From contig NC_068986.1 of the NCBI RefSeq assembly GCF_001194135.2, positions 30,875,028 through 30,939,027 of the forward strand: a stretch of 64,000 nucleotides of DNA. Direction: 5' to 3'. The position numbers and the translations under genes were made by a program. This DNA is from Octopus bimaculoides. Lineage: Eukaryota. Of this stretch, positions 14,444 to 26,650 are shown in pieces (within the stretch, counting starts at the first letter, position 1; each line of letters starts with the position of its first letter). A model generated the notes under the pieces. It had not been told where the DNA came from and made no database searches. It saw nothing but the letters and a program-made list of their open reading frames with translations.

Positions 14444-14548
14444 GTAAACTACCACAGTGATTTTGAGAAACAGAAGGGTTCCTATACTGCTGTTGCAGAA
14501 CCTATGGATGTAAAGCGACACTTGGAAAACACAAAAAACATCAGTCTG
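14444..14548 (+). CDS. Lasp: Lasp nebulin-repeat exon A2 (105 nt, phase 0/0): VNYHSDFEKQKGSYTAVAEPMDVKRHLENTKNISL
   Basis: Bounded by ccattaacag| and |gtatat. 29/35 aa identical to A1. The first 12 codons differ from A1 only by 4 synonymous changes. Confidence 0.9.
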
Positions 14549-15470
14549 GTATATTAAGTTATGATGCATGATTAAGATAATTATCCCATGTGTGCCTACT
14601 CTATTTTTGTTTTCCTATTATGACATGGGAGTTATTATCAATATATTTTCAAGATAAGATTTTCTCTAAATTTAGGCATTATTGAAGTAATGGTCTGCAT
14701 TAAATTTTTTTTTTATTTATATTAAGACCTTAATGTAACTCAGGGAAAATAAGTTACATTTGTAGATTCATAATTATAGTTGCAAAGGATAGTGTTATAG
14801 TATTGTAATAAACTTTTTTTTTTTGTATAGACTTACAAAAATATTGGAGCAAGACATATTCCTGTAAAGCATCTTTGATGTGAATGGGGTGGGGGCTGGA
14901 ACGTTGACTAAATTTTAAGTTTTAACTCAAAAGATTGTGAGCTCACTGTCTACTGTTTAAAAATCTTTATTTCTATCAGTTTGTCTTAGGTGGGGGCAAA
15001 TGAAATCTCCAGGTATTCTGGAAACCATGACTTTAGTGTTAGAGTAATCAGTACCAAGATGTTTATGGTGCTTGACTACTCGTGTTTAAGATCTGGAACA
15101 GGTTCCACGCTCAAATTTTTCTGACATGAGGAATATAAATTATATTTCTTATACATGTAGATAACAATTTTAATTGTGGGGGAATGAAATCTGTTTGATT
15201 ATAATATACTAAAAGGGCTCCTCCAATCCATTAGAACATTCTTCAAGAATTGATCCACCACATCAAGGGCATGTCATTTAATGGTTCCAACTGAGAATCA
15301 AAACTTGACATAGCTCACTAAAAGCTTATGCTCTAATGCATTTTGTATCTAATGTGGTACATAAACCAAAAGTTCAGTGGAGAAATAATTTGTTTGACAA
15401 CTCACTATATCACTATATTGATCATATTTGTAAGTATAAGAAATAAAAAATTCTTTTGATCCATTGATAG

Positions 15471-15575
15471 GTAAACTACCACAGTGATTTTGAGAAACAG
15501 AAAGGTTGCTATACAATGGTTGCAGAACCTATGGATATAAAACAACATTTGGAAAACACCAAAAATATCAGTCTG
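15471..15575 (+). CDS. Lasp: Lasp nebulin-repeat exon A3 (105 nt, phase 0/0): VNYHSDFEKQKGCYTMVAEPMDIKQHLENTKNISL
   Basis: Bounded by ccattgatag| and |gtatat. 31/35 aa identical to A2. The intron flanks are also similar to those of A2. Confidence 0.9.
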
Positions 15576-17249
15576 GTATATTTAGTTGTGATGCATGGAA
15601 GGGTTGTTTGTTGCCATTTGGTGTTGACTAGTTTTCTGAAATCCATTGATTCTGCTGCACAACAAATAATGAAAATATTAATCCCTTTTTTTTTTTTTTT
15701 TTTGGGGTGATATTTTTTTTATTGTGAAATTAATAAGAGCATTATATATTTGACATGATTGTAGCATATTTAGTTTCAACTTTTAATATTTGGATAATAT
15801 TCTTGAGTTTGGCTCCATTAGTAACAAAGATTTATATTCCTCATGTGATGTTAGGTGATGTAGAGTCAATTTTAAGAATATAAGGTTCTATCAAGACACA
15901 ATGGAAATTTTAGAAAAACCATTTTCAATATTTTTTTTTTTTTGTAACACTTCATTTCAAAAATATTTTACTCTTAAAAATAGTGTTTGTTTTCTGACCC
16001 CAGTTTTTTTAAAAATCATAAGTGTGCCTGTTTCTGTTTTCTACTCTAAATTAACTAATATTTTTGAAAAATAGCTAGTCATCAGTGTTCATTTATTTTT
16101 AATAGTGTAAAATCTGAAAATTTTTCTCACTTGTTGGAAAAAAAAAAANNNNNNNNNNTTAAGGGCCGATTTTGAGTTGCTAAGTCATATTAAAAAACAA
16201 GTGAAAGAGAATTTAATTATAGATATTTAATACTTCATCTATGATAAACAATAGTGTGATGTTTTGTAATTAGGGAGGGATCCATAAACAGGTGCCTTCA
16301 ACACTATATACTACAATGAATTATGATGTTCTGATTTTTTTGAAAGATCTTAACATGGAGTTTGCATGCCAGGAATTGAAACTGGGAATCAAAATCACTT
16401 CTGTGGTGCTTACCTTTTATTTTATAGAAATATTTTCATTTTCAGTCACCACTTTTCATAATCTTTGAGCAATTTCTTTTGCATACCAACATTTTATAAG
16501 AATATTGCTATAAATTAACTCATAGCTCAACATGTTTTAAACATTGTTATTTTACATTATCTATTGATGATGTTAGATGCTTTTCTCAGTATCATCTTAT
16601 TTTTGTTTATATTATGCATATTACTGAAGAAGTGAATATAATTTTAGGATGATATTGTACTAGTGCTTTAGGCCAGTTTGATTGAGCAAACCATGTCAAT
16701 TGTTTCTTTTTTCATATATAGTATATCTGAAACCACATTATTTAATGTGTTCTTTCTTTGACAGTAGGGCATGATTTGAGTGAGATTTAGCTGCTATTTT
16801 TAACATGTCAGGCAATCCTGTAGGCTCAAGTTGTAGTCAAGTATATCGACTGTGTTGACTCAATTATTGCTCCAATATATTGATTATGTGGGTGTAGGAC
16901 AATGTAGTTATAGGTTGTATTTTGACCAGGAATTACACTTGTATTTATCCACAGGAACTGAATAATGTCCTAAAGTTGGACATAGGAAATGATTAGTGTT
17001 CCAAGATTAATGTAATAAATAAAATATTTATTCTCTTAACTGCACAGAACCATAATTAGGAACTCCAGACAACTATGAAATCTATGATTATCTGTTTTTC
17101 TGTAAAGTTTTGTCTTACATTAGTTTTACTAATCTCACTAAATGTAGAAATAGGTTTTCTTTCCCCCTTTTTTTAATAACTTATTTCTAAAAAAATTTCT
17201 TCTTACAAATAAATGCACAACCTACTTACATGTGTGTATGTATGAATAT

Positions 17250-17287
<38 letters not shown>

Positions 17288-17397
17288 GTACATGCTTATA
17301 CACACATGTATATACATATAAACAAATATATATACATGTATACACACAAATGTATATTTTCATATACACGTATGTATATGCATTTATATATAGTAGT

Positions 17398-17907
17398 NNN
17401 NNNNNNNNNNNNNNNNNNNNNNNNNNNNNNNNNNNNNNNNNNNNNNNNNNNNNNNNNNNNNNNNNNNNNNNNNNNNNNNNNNNNNNNNNNNNNNNNNNNN
17501 NNNNNNNNNNNNNNNNNNNNNNNNNNNNNNNNNNNNNNNNNNNNNNNNNNNNNNNNNNNNNNNNNNNNNNNNNNNNNNNNNNNNNNNNNNNNNNNNNNNN
17601 NNNNNNNNNNNNNNNNNNNNNNNNNNNNNNNNNNNNNNNNNNNNNNNNNNNNNNNNNNNNNNNNNNNNNNNNNNNNNNNNNNNNNNNNNNNNNNNNNNNN
17701 NNNNNNNNNNNNNNNNNNNNNNNNNNNNNNNNNNNNNNNNNNNNNNNNNNNNNNNNNNNNNNNNNNNNNNNNNNNNNNNNNNNNNNNNNNNNNNNNNNNN
17801 NNNNNNNNNNNNNNNNNNNNNNNNNNNNNNNNNNNNNNNNNNNNNNNNNNNNNNNNNNNNNNNNNNNNNNNNNNNNNNNNNNNNNNNNNNNNNNNNNNNN
17901 NNNNNNN
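17398..17907. other. Assembly gap (510 N)
   Basis: N run following a CA/TA microsatellite. Confidence 0.99.
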
Positions 17908-18209
17908 TGTAGAACATCTGTCGTGTTTAGAAAAGATGTGAGTTCAAGTCCCACAGGCAGCCTATGACTTTTTCCATCCCAAGGTTTTTTTTAAACCCAA
18001 TATTTTACACTTTACTATTTATAACTTTATTTACTTCGAATTCAAATATCAAAAACATATATATATATATAGTAATTAGAAATGATTTTGTTTGATGCTC
18101 TCTACATGTAAATTTTAGAAATGCTTCTTAATCAGATTAGCAATGTTTCTCTCTTCCTTTCTTAATGATGATGATGATAATTTATTTGCTGTGAAATTAC
18201 CTATGACAG

Positions 18210-18314
18210 ATTCAGTACCACAGTGATTTCGAAAAGCAGAAAGGTAACGTCACACCCGTTGCTGACACTTTGGAAATGAAGCGTCATACAGAAAATGCAA
18301 AGAACATTAGTTTG
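18210..18314 (+). CDS. Lasp: Lasp nebulin-repeat exon A4 (105 nt, phase 0/0): IQYHSDFEKQKGNVTPVADTLEMKRHTENAKNISL
   Basis: Bounded by ctatgacag| and |gtacaa. It has the YHSDFEKQKG core and a VADT motif like the LASP1 nebulin repeat (VADTPEL). Confidence 0.9.
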
Positions 18315-19699
18315 GTACAAATTATATATTTGTATAGCATGAAATTATCAATTGCCTGTTGGCATTACAATTTTGTGCTACTAACCATCTTCTCCACCCA
18401 GTTTTTATCCCTTACCCTTGATCACTTTACTGTTGTTTACAATGATTGACTTCGCCTTCAATCAATACAGCATGTCTTGTTGAAAAGGCACACACTGAGT
18501 ATTTGTGTTATTTGTAACTCACTTTGATACTCAACCAGCTTTTGCTCCACCACTTCTTCTTATATCACTTCCTTTTATTTAGCTAATCTAGTTTTAGTTT
18601 GTGAAACTAGATATACTATTGATACATATACATACTTAGAGGTAAGTATAATTGTAATAAAACTCCTTCAAATCCTTCAATATCTAGTAACATTTAAGTG
18701 TTAAAAGAATTTATTATTTTGGTGTGTGTTGTTTTTCTTAAAGTATTAAACATGTTCAATATTTTATCACTTTAGCATGTATTAAAGTTCCTATTTCCAG
18801 TTTAATATAACCATCCGTGTTTGTTGTTTCTAATAATATTTGGTATCTACATGCAATTTGGTCAGTTTTTTAACAGAAGAATGAAATGCTGATTTTTCCA
18901 TTTTAGCCACTTCTATTCATCTACTCTTTTATTCATTCTACAACTGAAGCTAGTCAGTGAAATCAGACTAGGCTTTTATTTTTTCTGGTTACTGAAACCA
19001 GTACAGTTTTATGATACAGTTCTATTGAACCAATTGTATGGGTTTCTAGTGTGTGTGTATCTCCATTATTCTCTCTTTCATGTCTGTGGACAATATTTGA
19101 TACCTAGCTTTTGGCTAGATCTCTTTATACAATGTTTTAGATGAAATGTTTTCTATAGTGCTACATGACAAAACCCAGATTGTAAGAAGTAGATGCAGGT
19201 TTGTCTATTGATATTTATCCTTCAGTCAGTATATTTACTGTAAATTGTTACACTAGTGAATGCATAGAAAATAAAGGGATATTTGAATTGTTCATTGGAT
19301 TCTTCTTGTCTGAGCATGTAACTATGTCGTTTGAGCATAGCCTATTGTATATGAGACTATATCTATCTCTGTAGAGATTAGCTACAGAGATTTCAGATAA
19401 CCTCTAATTTGATATTGTTAATGAGCTATAATGTCTGAAACCTTTACAGCCATTATATATATATATATGTGATTTTTATTCTAATAAATATTCTACCTTT
19501 TATCTCATACCAAATACCTGCTGTTTGCATATATGTGTGAGTGCACACCTATTTTTGCACATATGAATTATAAGAAATGATATGAAATTCACTTGATATA
19601 AATTTTTTTTTTATACAGAAAGTTTTTAAAATAATGTACATTGAATGTATATTTATAAATATATATGCACACTCAAACACATATGCTGTTTTTTCCCCC

Positions 19700-20012
19700 N
19701 NNNNNNNNNNNNNNNNNNNNNNNNNNNNNNNNNNNNNNNNNNNNNNNNNNNNNNNNNNNNNNNNNNNNNNNNNNNNNNNNNNNNNNNNNNNNNNNNNNNN
19801 NNNNNNNNNNNNNNNNNNNNNNNNNNNNNNNNNNNNNNNNNNNNNNNNNNNNNNNNNNNNNNNNNNNNNNNNNNNNNNNNNNNNNNNNNNNNNNNNNNNN
19901 NNNNNNNNNNNNNNNNNNNNNNNNNNNNNNNNNNNNNNNNNNNNNNNNNNNNNNNNNNNNNNNNNNNNNNNNNNNNNNNNNNNNNNNNNNNNNNNNNNNN
20001 NNNNNNNNNNNN
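19700..20012. other. Assembly gap (313 N) inside the nebulin exon array
   Basis: N run preceded by tgctgttttttccccc. Confidence 0.99.
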
Positions 20013-20135
20013 CTTCTCCAAATGTCAATACAATGTAATGTTAAGTTGAATTGTTTGAAATGTGGTTCTCTGTATTTGTTGATGTGCTTCTGACTTATTT
20101 AATGAAAATAAATTGTTTTAGTCTTCCTTGTCCTA

Positions 20136-20177
<42 letters not shown>

Positions 20178-20244
20178 CTGTATTCTGTTTACCAAAGAAA
20201 CTGATTAGTTTCATGTCTGTGGAAATTACTATTAACATTCACAG

Positions 20245-20352
20245 ATGCATTATCGAAGTGATTTTACTAAACTGAAAGGGACAGCCACTCAAGTGACTGT
20301 GGAGTCTCTTGAAATGAAAAGACATGCTGAAAATGCCAAGAACCTCAGTGCG
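20245..20352 (+). CDS. Lasp: Lasp nebulin-repeat exon A5 (108 nt, phase 0/0): MHYRSDFTKLKGTATQVTVESLEMKRHAENAKNLSA
   Basis: Bounded by cattcacag| and |gtacta. It is 36 open codons, diverged but alignable to A4 and A6. Confidence 0.85.
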
Positions 20353-20700
20353 GTACTAACTCACTTAGTTTGGCTTGGTTGCTCCAGTTAGTCGTCTATT
20401 TTTTTTTTTTATCCCTCCCTTTCTGGTTTATCAAGATGCTAAATATTGATTACTCGAATTAAATTGATTACTTGAATTAAATTATCTAGAAACTTGACTA
20501 ATTTTTTAATACATTAGCTTTCCTTAAAAATACACTTGATTTCAAAATGAATAAAAATAAAACCTATTACAAACCTTTTCCTCAACAATAAATCTGTTTT
20601 TGGTACAGTACTTCGAAATGTACCAGATAATGGAAACTGTACAGTTCTCTAGGGTTATTTATGAAATTAAGTTATTGGTAGAATCTAAAGGTTTTCTGGG

Positions 20701-20790
20701 TCTCTATAGATTGCTGGTAGGATTGGCTGCACAGTTCATTGTTTACTGAGTCTCTATAGATTGCTGGTAAGATTGACTGTATAATTCATT
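20701..20790. repeat. Two-copy tandem duplication, 50-bp period (tctctatagattgctggta.gatt)
   Basis: Units start at 20701 and 20751. Confidence 0.85.
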
Positions 20791-22199
20791 GAAGCCCTTT
20801 CATTATCAGAATGGGTCAGTTAACTGCTGTAATCTTTGATTGTTCACATGGCGAGACTCTATCAAGAGATTCATAGTTCATTTCCATTTGAATGCATTTC
20901 TTCAATCTAACTATAGTCATTTAGTGAAGACATGAATAAGTTTTCAATGTCATTCCTGTCCAGTATTAACTACTTTATCGTTTGAAGCATCAGTCATTTT
21001 TTCTAATTGAAAATTTTCCTCCCACGGAATATTTTTGTAGGATGTTTGTGTGTGGATATATAGCATTATAAAGGCTTTACAAAAGCATAGCCTTTACTTA
21101 CAATGTGGTGAGTTATAGTCAAGTAGGCCAATTTGATCTAGGCAAATGTGGATAAACAGCCATTTACATACATATTGATGAAACTCTAAACTCTCTTTAA
21201 AACAAGGAAAACATTGACTTATGTGTTAAAAAAAGAAAGAACTGAAGCATCTGAATATTTTTAGTACTGATGTTAAACTTATCTTCTAACCGGAGGAAAG
21301 TAAATGTACCATTACTACAATTTCATTTACTAAGCTGATATCAGTCTAGCTTTGTTGCTATGGTATCAAAGGAGGCTGAACTGCTATAAAAATTTTGGAA
21401 TTTCGAGAGATGGAGATGCTCTTAGTACAGTTCTTGTAATCATCTAATGAAGTATTTTTTTGAAAAATAGCTTATCAAGACAAGTTTTAAATGTTGTAGA
21501 CTAAAAAAGATCAATTTGAATTTTATCAAGTAAATATCATTTGTAACCTTTTCAAAAGGCTTTCACTTTATTACATTACTATATGGTGTACTTAACTTAG
21601 TATCCCCTGAAATCTAGTGTATTTTTCCCCCTTTAAGCTCATTTTTCAAACATAACCAAAGTTTTATGTGATAAAACGAATCTGCAGAAAACACTTAGGT
21701 TGCCGTGTTAAAAAATGTTTGAAATCTATTTTAGCATCAATTAGAAACTGCAGCAACTGAGCTGGACATCTATCCACCTAGAATCATGTTCTATTTGTAG
21801 AAATTGGTCTTAAAACAGCAGCTTCACATGTCTCAATGTTTAGTTTAACTTCTGTTTTTTTGACTGGTTTAGCTTTTTTCCAACATTTGTTTTTACTTTT
21901 TAGTTTTATTTATTGTACACATCCTTAATTTTAGCATTTGATGATTGGTATCATCTGTGAAAATAGGCAGACTCTAACATATTTGATTGTTTTAAAAGTT
22001 ATTACCTGTTGGTCTCAATTTAATGAGGTACATACAGTTATTAGAATGTTCAAAGATCTATCACCAGTAGACAAATTGACAGTATTAGAGTACCTTCCTA
22101 CCATCTTGAATGCAGATACTTGAGTTTTGTTTAATTGCTAAATTAATAGTTGTTTGTTCTTTATTTTGTTGCTGTGTGAGCTTATACTAGAATTTAAAC

Positions 22200-22900
22200 A
22201 AAAATTTTTAATCTCTTTTCTCAATCTCTGCATGACTGTGTTGTGCTGGGAAGCAAATTACACTTAAGTCCACTATCAAACAACCAACTCGTTTCATAGA
22301 AGAGAACAGAGTATAATAATGTGTGGTAGTAAATGATTTCAATCTGGGATAGAAGTTCGTTAATTTCCAGAGGATATTAGGAATATACATGAACTGTTAA
22401 ACCAAAGCCTTCAAAAATTAGATCCATTCAACAGTTAGTAATAATTTTTTTTATATTAGGCCTTAGAATTCTAGAGGGGAGCAAGTGAAATATATTTCAA
22501 GCGCATTAGCTACGTATTTGAAATGATTCCAAATAGAAATCCAATCTAGGATGTGCTCTTGATTCATCAAGTCTCCTGTATCACATTAAAATGGTCACTC
22601 CCCACCACATAGAGAGTAGCTGTTTTCAACAACCACTAGTATTAGCAACAATAAATAACACCTGGAAAATTTTCAGGTAGAAAAATTCCCATGGCTAAAG
22701 TGTTAAATGGTAAGTTGTTGTTGATTTGTTATCCCAGAGTTGCTTGATTCCTTAAATGTTTTAAAAGCTTTTGCAAACTTTGAATGTTTGGTTGAAGTAT
22801 TACCAGTGCTAGCAGAGATCTGCACTTATTTCCTTGCAGTTGCAAAACTCATGTCATTTGCACAATAACCAAACAAATGCACTATTTATATTAAATTTCT
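22200..22900 (-). mobile_element. Decayed hAT (SPIN/Charlie, GTF2IRD2-like) transposase remnant
   Basis: Minus-strand fragments resembling NxxSLQLQGN and FYPRLKSF..T..LFSSMK match the hAT C-terminal region. It is heavily frameshifted. Confidence 0.5.
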
Positions 22901-23208
22901 TTATATAATTAAAATATTTTTGTATGAAAGTTTTCGTTACAAATACAAATATATTAATATATGTTTTTAAAAATAAAAACTAATTTTCTTTTTAAAAAAA
23001 TTCCACTTAAAGAATGTAATTTTAACGGATCAGAATTTCCTTATACAGAGTTTTACAATTTTTTATAAAATGAAAAATAAATACAAAAGCAAACGTGCTC
23101 ATTAAAAAAAAAAGAAAAAAAAGAAAACCTTGTAATTTCAAAATTAAAGTTGCCTAAATGTTTTGAATCTTGGGATAGGGTTAAAGTTAAATTTATTGAC
23201 TTCTGCAG

Positions 23209-23316
23209 ATTCAGTATCACAGTGACTTTGAAAAGCAGAAAGGGTCTGCAGCGAAATTGACAGCAGATTCTATGGAGATGAAGAGACATCTGGAAAATGC
23301 CAAGAATGCCAGCATG
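23209..23316 (+). CDS. Lasp: Lasp nebulin-repeat exon A6 (108 nt, phase 0/0): IQYHSDFEKQKGSAAKLTADSMEMKRHLENAKNASM
   Basis: Bounded by gacttctgcag| and |gtactg. It is 36 open codons with the same repeat core. Confidence 0.9.
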
Positions 23317-23869
23317 GTACTGAGTGTTGTCTTGCTCACTCAGCTTCATTACTGTCCATTCATCATCATTTCCATCTTAATTTAGCATACATACAACAGG
23401 AGCTAAGTTTAGACTTCTAATTTTCAAATATAGTAATTTAGCCCTTCTCATTTTGAAGTTTGATTTGTTTTTTTCCCCCCCTTTCAAAGTGTCTTCTTGC
23501 ATAATTTATTTTTATTTTAGGAATAATTTTCTTCAAAACCAAAAGGGATTATCTAATAATTTTATGATCTTATTTAATGCTACTTGGATTATTTTAAATC
23601 TTTTATAACTTGATTCTTAGGTTCATGATTTCATAAAAAAATTGACCATGTGATTGAGAAGTTGTGACTTTGTAGTTGTGACCCCCCTCCTCTCTCCATT
23701 GTGTGATACTTTGAGCAAAGTATCTTCTATTACGATCAGAACCATATGAAGTAAGTTTGGTAGTGAAAAACTGTGAAGCCTACTAGGTTACTGTGTGTGC
23801 ATGCAAGATGGTCAAAATTAGTACATCAAATGAAAATACTTCACGATATTAGTTCCACCCTGTTAGAAA

Positions 23870-23942
23870 CCACTTAGCTTAATAGTACAGAGCACTCAGC
23901 TGGTATCTGAGAGGTGACAGGGTTTGATTCTCTATAGCCACC
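23870..23942 (+). pseudogene. Degenerate tRNA-like sequence or SINE head
   Basis: A-box-like tagcttaatagtacagagc, anticodon-like stem ctcag-ctggtat-ctgag and B-box-like ggtttgattc. The acceptor and T stems do not pair. Confidence 0.35.
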
Positions 23943-23959
23943 TGCTGGCAACTTTTTAA

Positions 23960-24152
23960 GACACTGAGCTGGCAAAATGCTTAGTGGTATTTTGGCCATT
24001 TTCACATTTTGAGTTTAAATTCTGTAGATGTCAGTTTTGCCTTTCATTCTTTCAGGGTTGATAAAATAAGTACCAGTTGAGCACTGGGGTTGAGTAATTG
24101 ACTATCTCCATCCCCTAAAACTTAAGGCATTGTGCCTATAGTAGAAAGGAAT
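23960..24152 (+). mobile_element. Second SINE family (gcctttcattctttcagggttgataaaataagtaccag core); related copies at about 3322-3545 (-), 6510-6720 (+) and 42930-43127 (+)
   Basis: The same core and the tail ggcattgtgcctatagtagaaagga recur across the copies. Confidence 0.65.
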
Positions 24153-25695
24153 ATTAGTTCCTCTCAAGTTATGCCCCTTCGTGCCAAGGTCAGTTTGTCT
24201 TTTGATTCTCTCCAAGGTCAGTAAAAATAAGCATCAGATAAAATATTGGAAACTAAAACCCTTGAAAGTGGTACCATAGTACAACTGCAGTTCAGTAACC
24301 AAAACTAATAATAAAAAAAATTAACAGCTCCTGTTGTTAGATTACATGTTCATTTTTTTTGTTTTAGTCATCATTCTTTTGTAAAAACTCTGATGAAAAT
24401 TAAAAAAAAAAATATAGCAATAAAAAAGAAAGAAAAAATAAGTTAGTGGGAAACCAATTTCTTCTAGATTTCATTCCTTATTATATTATAGGACCAATAA
24501 TGTATTGGAAAAGCTAAACTCAATGGCTGCAAACAATGTCTGGTTTCATTTAAGATCATTAGATTGTCACTAAGTATGTTTTAAGAGCTGAAACTGACAT
24601 TGACCGTAATAATCTGGAGTCAGTTATGACCTCAAGGTCAGCATCTCCATGACATAACTGATGAGGTTTTCTACTTAAGTGAAACCTTTTGACAGTAAAG
24701 GGAGAGAGATGAGAATCTTATATTATGCAAGTGGTAATAGCTATCCAAGTGATAGTAATACACATCAGACATGTATGTATACAAGTATAGTGCTAATATC
24801 CATGTATTTTGTATATTTATGGAAAAGGAGGGTAGGTGGGAGACAACTAGGTATCTGCCAGTTGATGAGCAATATTGTTTTTTTTTCTCTTTGTTCCTTA
24901 GTGGCAGTTCATATCTTGGTTTATTTTATGTACATATTTATTCTGAGTGGGCCAATCCATCAATTTGCCATTTTTGTACTAGAAAGAAGATTCTACTTCA
25001 AGGATATATATAATTTGCAGACACAAATGCAGCCAGTTGAAAGCTCCGCCTATTGGATACTGGTAGCACTTTGTATTTGATATGATATGATGTGTCTTGC
25101 TATGTTTTAAAATTCAGGCTTCCCTTTTTAAATAGTATTTTAAATAATCACTCTTGTTATTTTTGTTCCTTATTAAGATGGTTTTGTTTCCTTTAGTGTA
25201 AAACAGTATGTGGCTTTGACTCCAAAGAGTTAATCCTATTTTAACTATTTCATTTGATTAATCTCTGTGATTAAATAGACAGGTATTTATTTTAATGTTC
25301 AGATTTAGAAGCATTATCTTTGTTCAATTTAAAGTCGCTTTAGACTATATTTAATTTAATTGAATTAATATCTATTTCAAAAGAATTACATTTTCTATTA
25401 AGATGAAGTCGTTTTAAGAAAACCATCACATATTTTTGATGAAGAGTATCTTGATTGCCATTTATGTATTGTGGTTGGTGGGGGATATTTCCCAGTTCTC
25501 ATTAAAAATCTGTTGGGTATCGTCTACTTGTAAGCCAGTCAGCTATATATCTCCAGTGTTTATGTATCTCAAATTATAACTACAGTTTTTAAGAATAACT
25601 GGATCATTGTTCTATTCTCTCATTTCAAGAAGTTTATTAGTAGTTTTATAAACTTGAAAGTGTTAAATTAATTACTTACTTCAGTATGGGATTAA

Positions 25696-25914
25696 CCCTT
25701 TTGTTACCATATTTCTGTTGAGATGCTCCGTGTTTCTTTCAATTAATTTTAAATATAACAAAGAATTTAGTAAAATAACTTAGTTATTAAGCTAGTGTCA
25801 GGAACATAAACTGGGACTAAGGTTTGGTGGAAGATTTTAATTCAAAACTTTTGAAAACAAGACATTTGTACTATAGAGCCAGTGGCGGTTTCAGGCGGGT
25901 TGGTATCAAAAGGG
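25696..25914. mobile_element. TTAA-flanked piggyBac-like MITE (219 bp)
   Basis: TTAA|CCCTTTTGTTACCA ... TGGTATCAAAAGGG|TTAA, a 13/14 TIR match. A sister copy lies at 5658-5853. Confidence 0.75.
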
Positions 25915-26384
25915 TTAATTTCAGAAACCACATTGCTTCTCCGCCACCAAATAATTAATAGAATGCCGGTGTTGTTTAGATAAGCTCTTGTATGTTGTAA
26001 GTCCAAATCCTGTCTGGATTGATTTTTACCTGTCACTCTTCTAAGGTCAGTGAAATAAAAATTCATTTGATTAAATTTAAAGACACCTTCAAATTTGGGG
26101 TTTGTGCTGATGTTAGAAATGAGTGTTATTGTTTCGATGGAGGAAAAAGGGTGTCATCTAAGACCATTGCAGAACCTTCCCTAGCCTGCTGGGGGTTGGC
26201 ATGGGTAAGTTTTGGCTTGAATTTCTGTTATCTGGAGATGAGTGAAGGATTTTTAGGTATGAGACAGTAGGGATGATAAGAGGGGTAAAGGCGTCTACTT
26301 GAGGTAGATTTGAGGAGTGGTAATATGGAGAATGTTAGTTCAGAGAAGTAGAGGTCATTGTAGTAGTAGATAGTTATCTCTGTA

Positions 26385-26650
26385 TGTCATGAGGCCTCAC
26401 CAGAATCTCTCGAACCAGCTCTGTTTTCTGCCATTGTTCTGGTCTCATTCCAGCTTCTTCACCCTGTTTGTCTCCTTTCTTTGTCAGTAGTCCTTTGCCA
26501 TGTGGTTTTAGGGCACCCTGTTGCTCTTTTTTTCCACAGGATATCACTTTGGTGCCACCATACAATCACTTTCTTTATCTTGTCTGAGGACATGTCTAAC
26601 CTAGTTCCAGTGTATGTATGATAGGTAAACAGTTCTAGTTTACTGCCAGT
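26385..26650 (-). mobile_element. LINE 3' end fragment (RTE-like)
   Basis: The minus strand reads KRATGCPKTTWQRT...RSWNETRTMAENR, resembling the GRPK.TW.R C-terminus of RTE-like ORFs. Confidence 0.5.

Noticed and set aside
17226-20093. Long ORFs at 17226-17967, 19549-20093 and 56916-57329
   Set aside because: They are artefacts of translating through N gaps.
13933-23316. CRISPR-like array or Dscam-type docking/selector system as the explanation of the repeated YHSDFEKQKG sequence
   Set aside because: The repeats are spliced coding exons separated by ordinary introns. I found no shared selector sequence complementary to a docking site by eye, though a computational search was not possible.
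23870-23942. Functional tRNA gene
   Set aside because: The acceptor and T stems are broken, so it is kept only as a pseudogene or SINE head.
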